Origin: the human T2T-CHM13v2.0 reference genome, Homo sapiens
Direction: 5' to 3' (one strand)
Assembly (NCBI RefSeq): GCF_009914755.1
Contig: NC_060926.1
DNA length: 64,000 bases
Both the position numbers and the translations under genes were made by a program. Below, in pieces: positions 63,741 to 64,000 of the stretch (its first letter is position 1; every line of letters begins with the position of its first letter). The notes below the pieces were generated by a model. That model was not told where the DNA came from. It worked only from the letters and a program-made list of their open reading frames with translations, and did no database searches.

Positions 63741-64000
63741 AAGGCTAAAAGTGCCCCATTACATACAAAGTCAGATACAAAAAGGAATCGTGTATTACCA
63801 TTGGCTACTTCAAGACTGTGGCCTTGGAGATAGTTTCTTCCTGGTCACCTAGTTTTCTCCTTGATCTGGACATTTCTTTAGCTCCTGGAGCCTCTCAGTT
63901 CTTCCTGGGTCCGGGAACCTGGCTCCCTGAACAGGCCAGTCCCTGGCCCTGCCTCCTTGCCTCTGGCCTCCTCCCTGTCAGCCTGCAGATGCGTCTGTAG

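Overview
Primate (human-like) genomic DNA lying entirely within the dysferlin gene DYSF on the + strand, from the distal part of intron 1 to intron 15. I located 14 constitutive coding exons (2-15) plus cassette exon 5a by hand. All have AG/GT boundaries and splice in frame into the N-terminal part of dysferlin (C2A, Pro-rich linker, C2B, FerI region, start of C2C). Exon 1 and exon 16 onward are outside the window. The rest is intronic and dominated by Alu, L1, L2/MIR, LTR and DNA-transposon remnants plus microsatellites. Nearly all ORFs in the supplied track are spurious. I see no new protein-coding system. The most unusual sequence-level observations are: a double fold-back (A-A'-B'-B) inside a Tigger-type element in intron 13; a hairpin-containing templated insertion that matches an LTR 1.3 kb away; a nested LTR cluster whose target-site duplications give the insertion order; a (TG)21-preceded latent exon in intron 3; and a duplicated AATAAA behind exon 11. 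Repeat family names come from recalled consensus sequences, were not verified by a search, and repeat boundaries are approximate unless TSDs are quoted.
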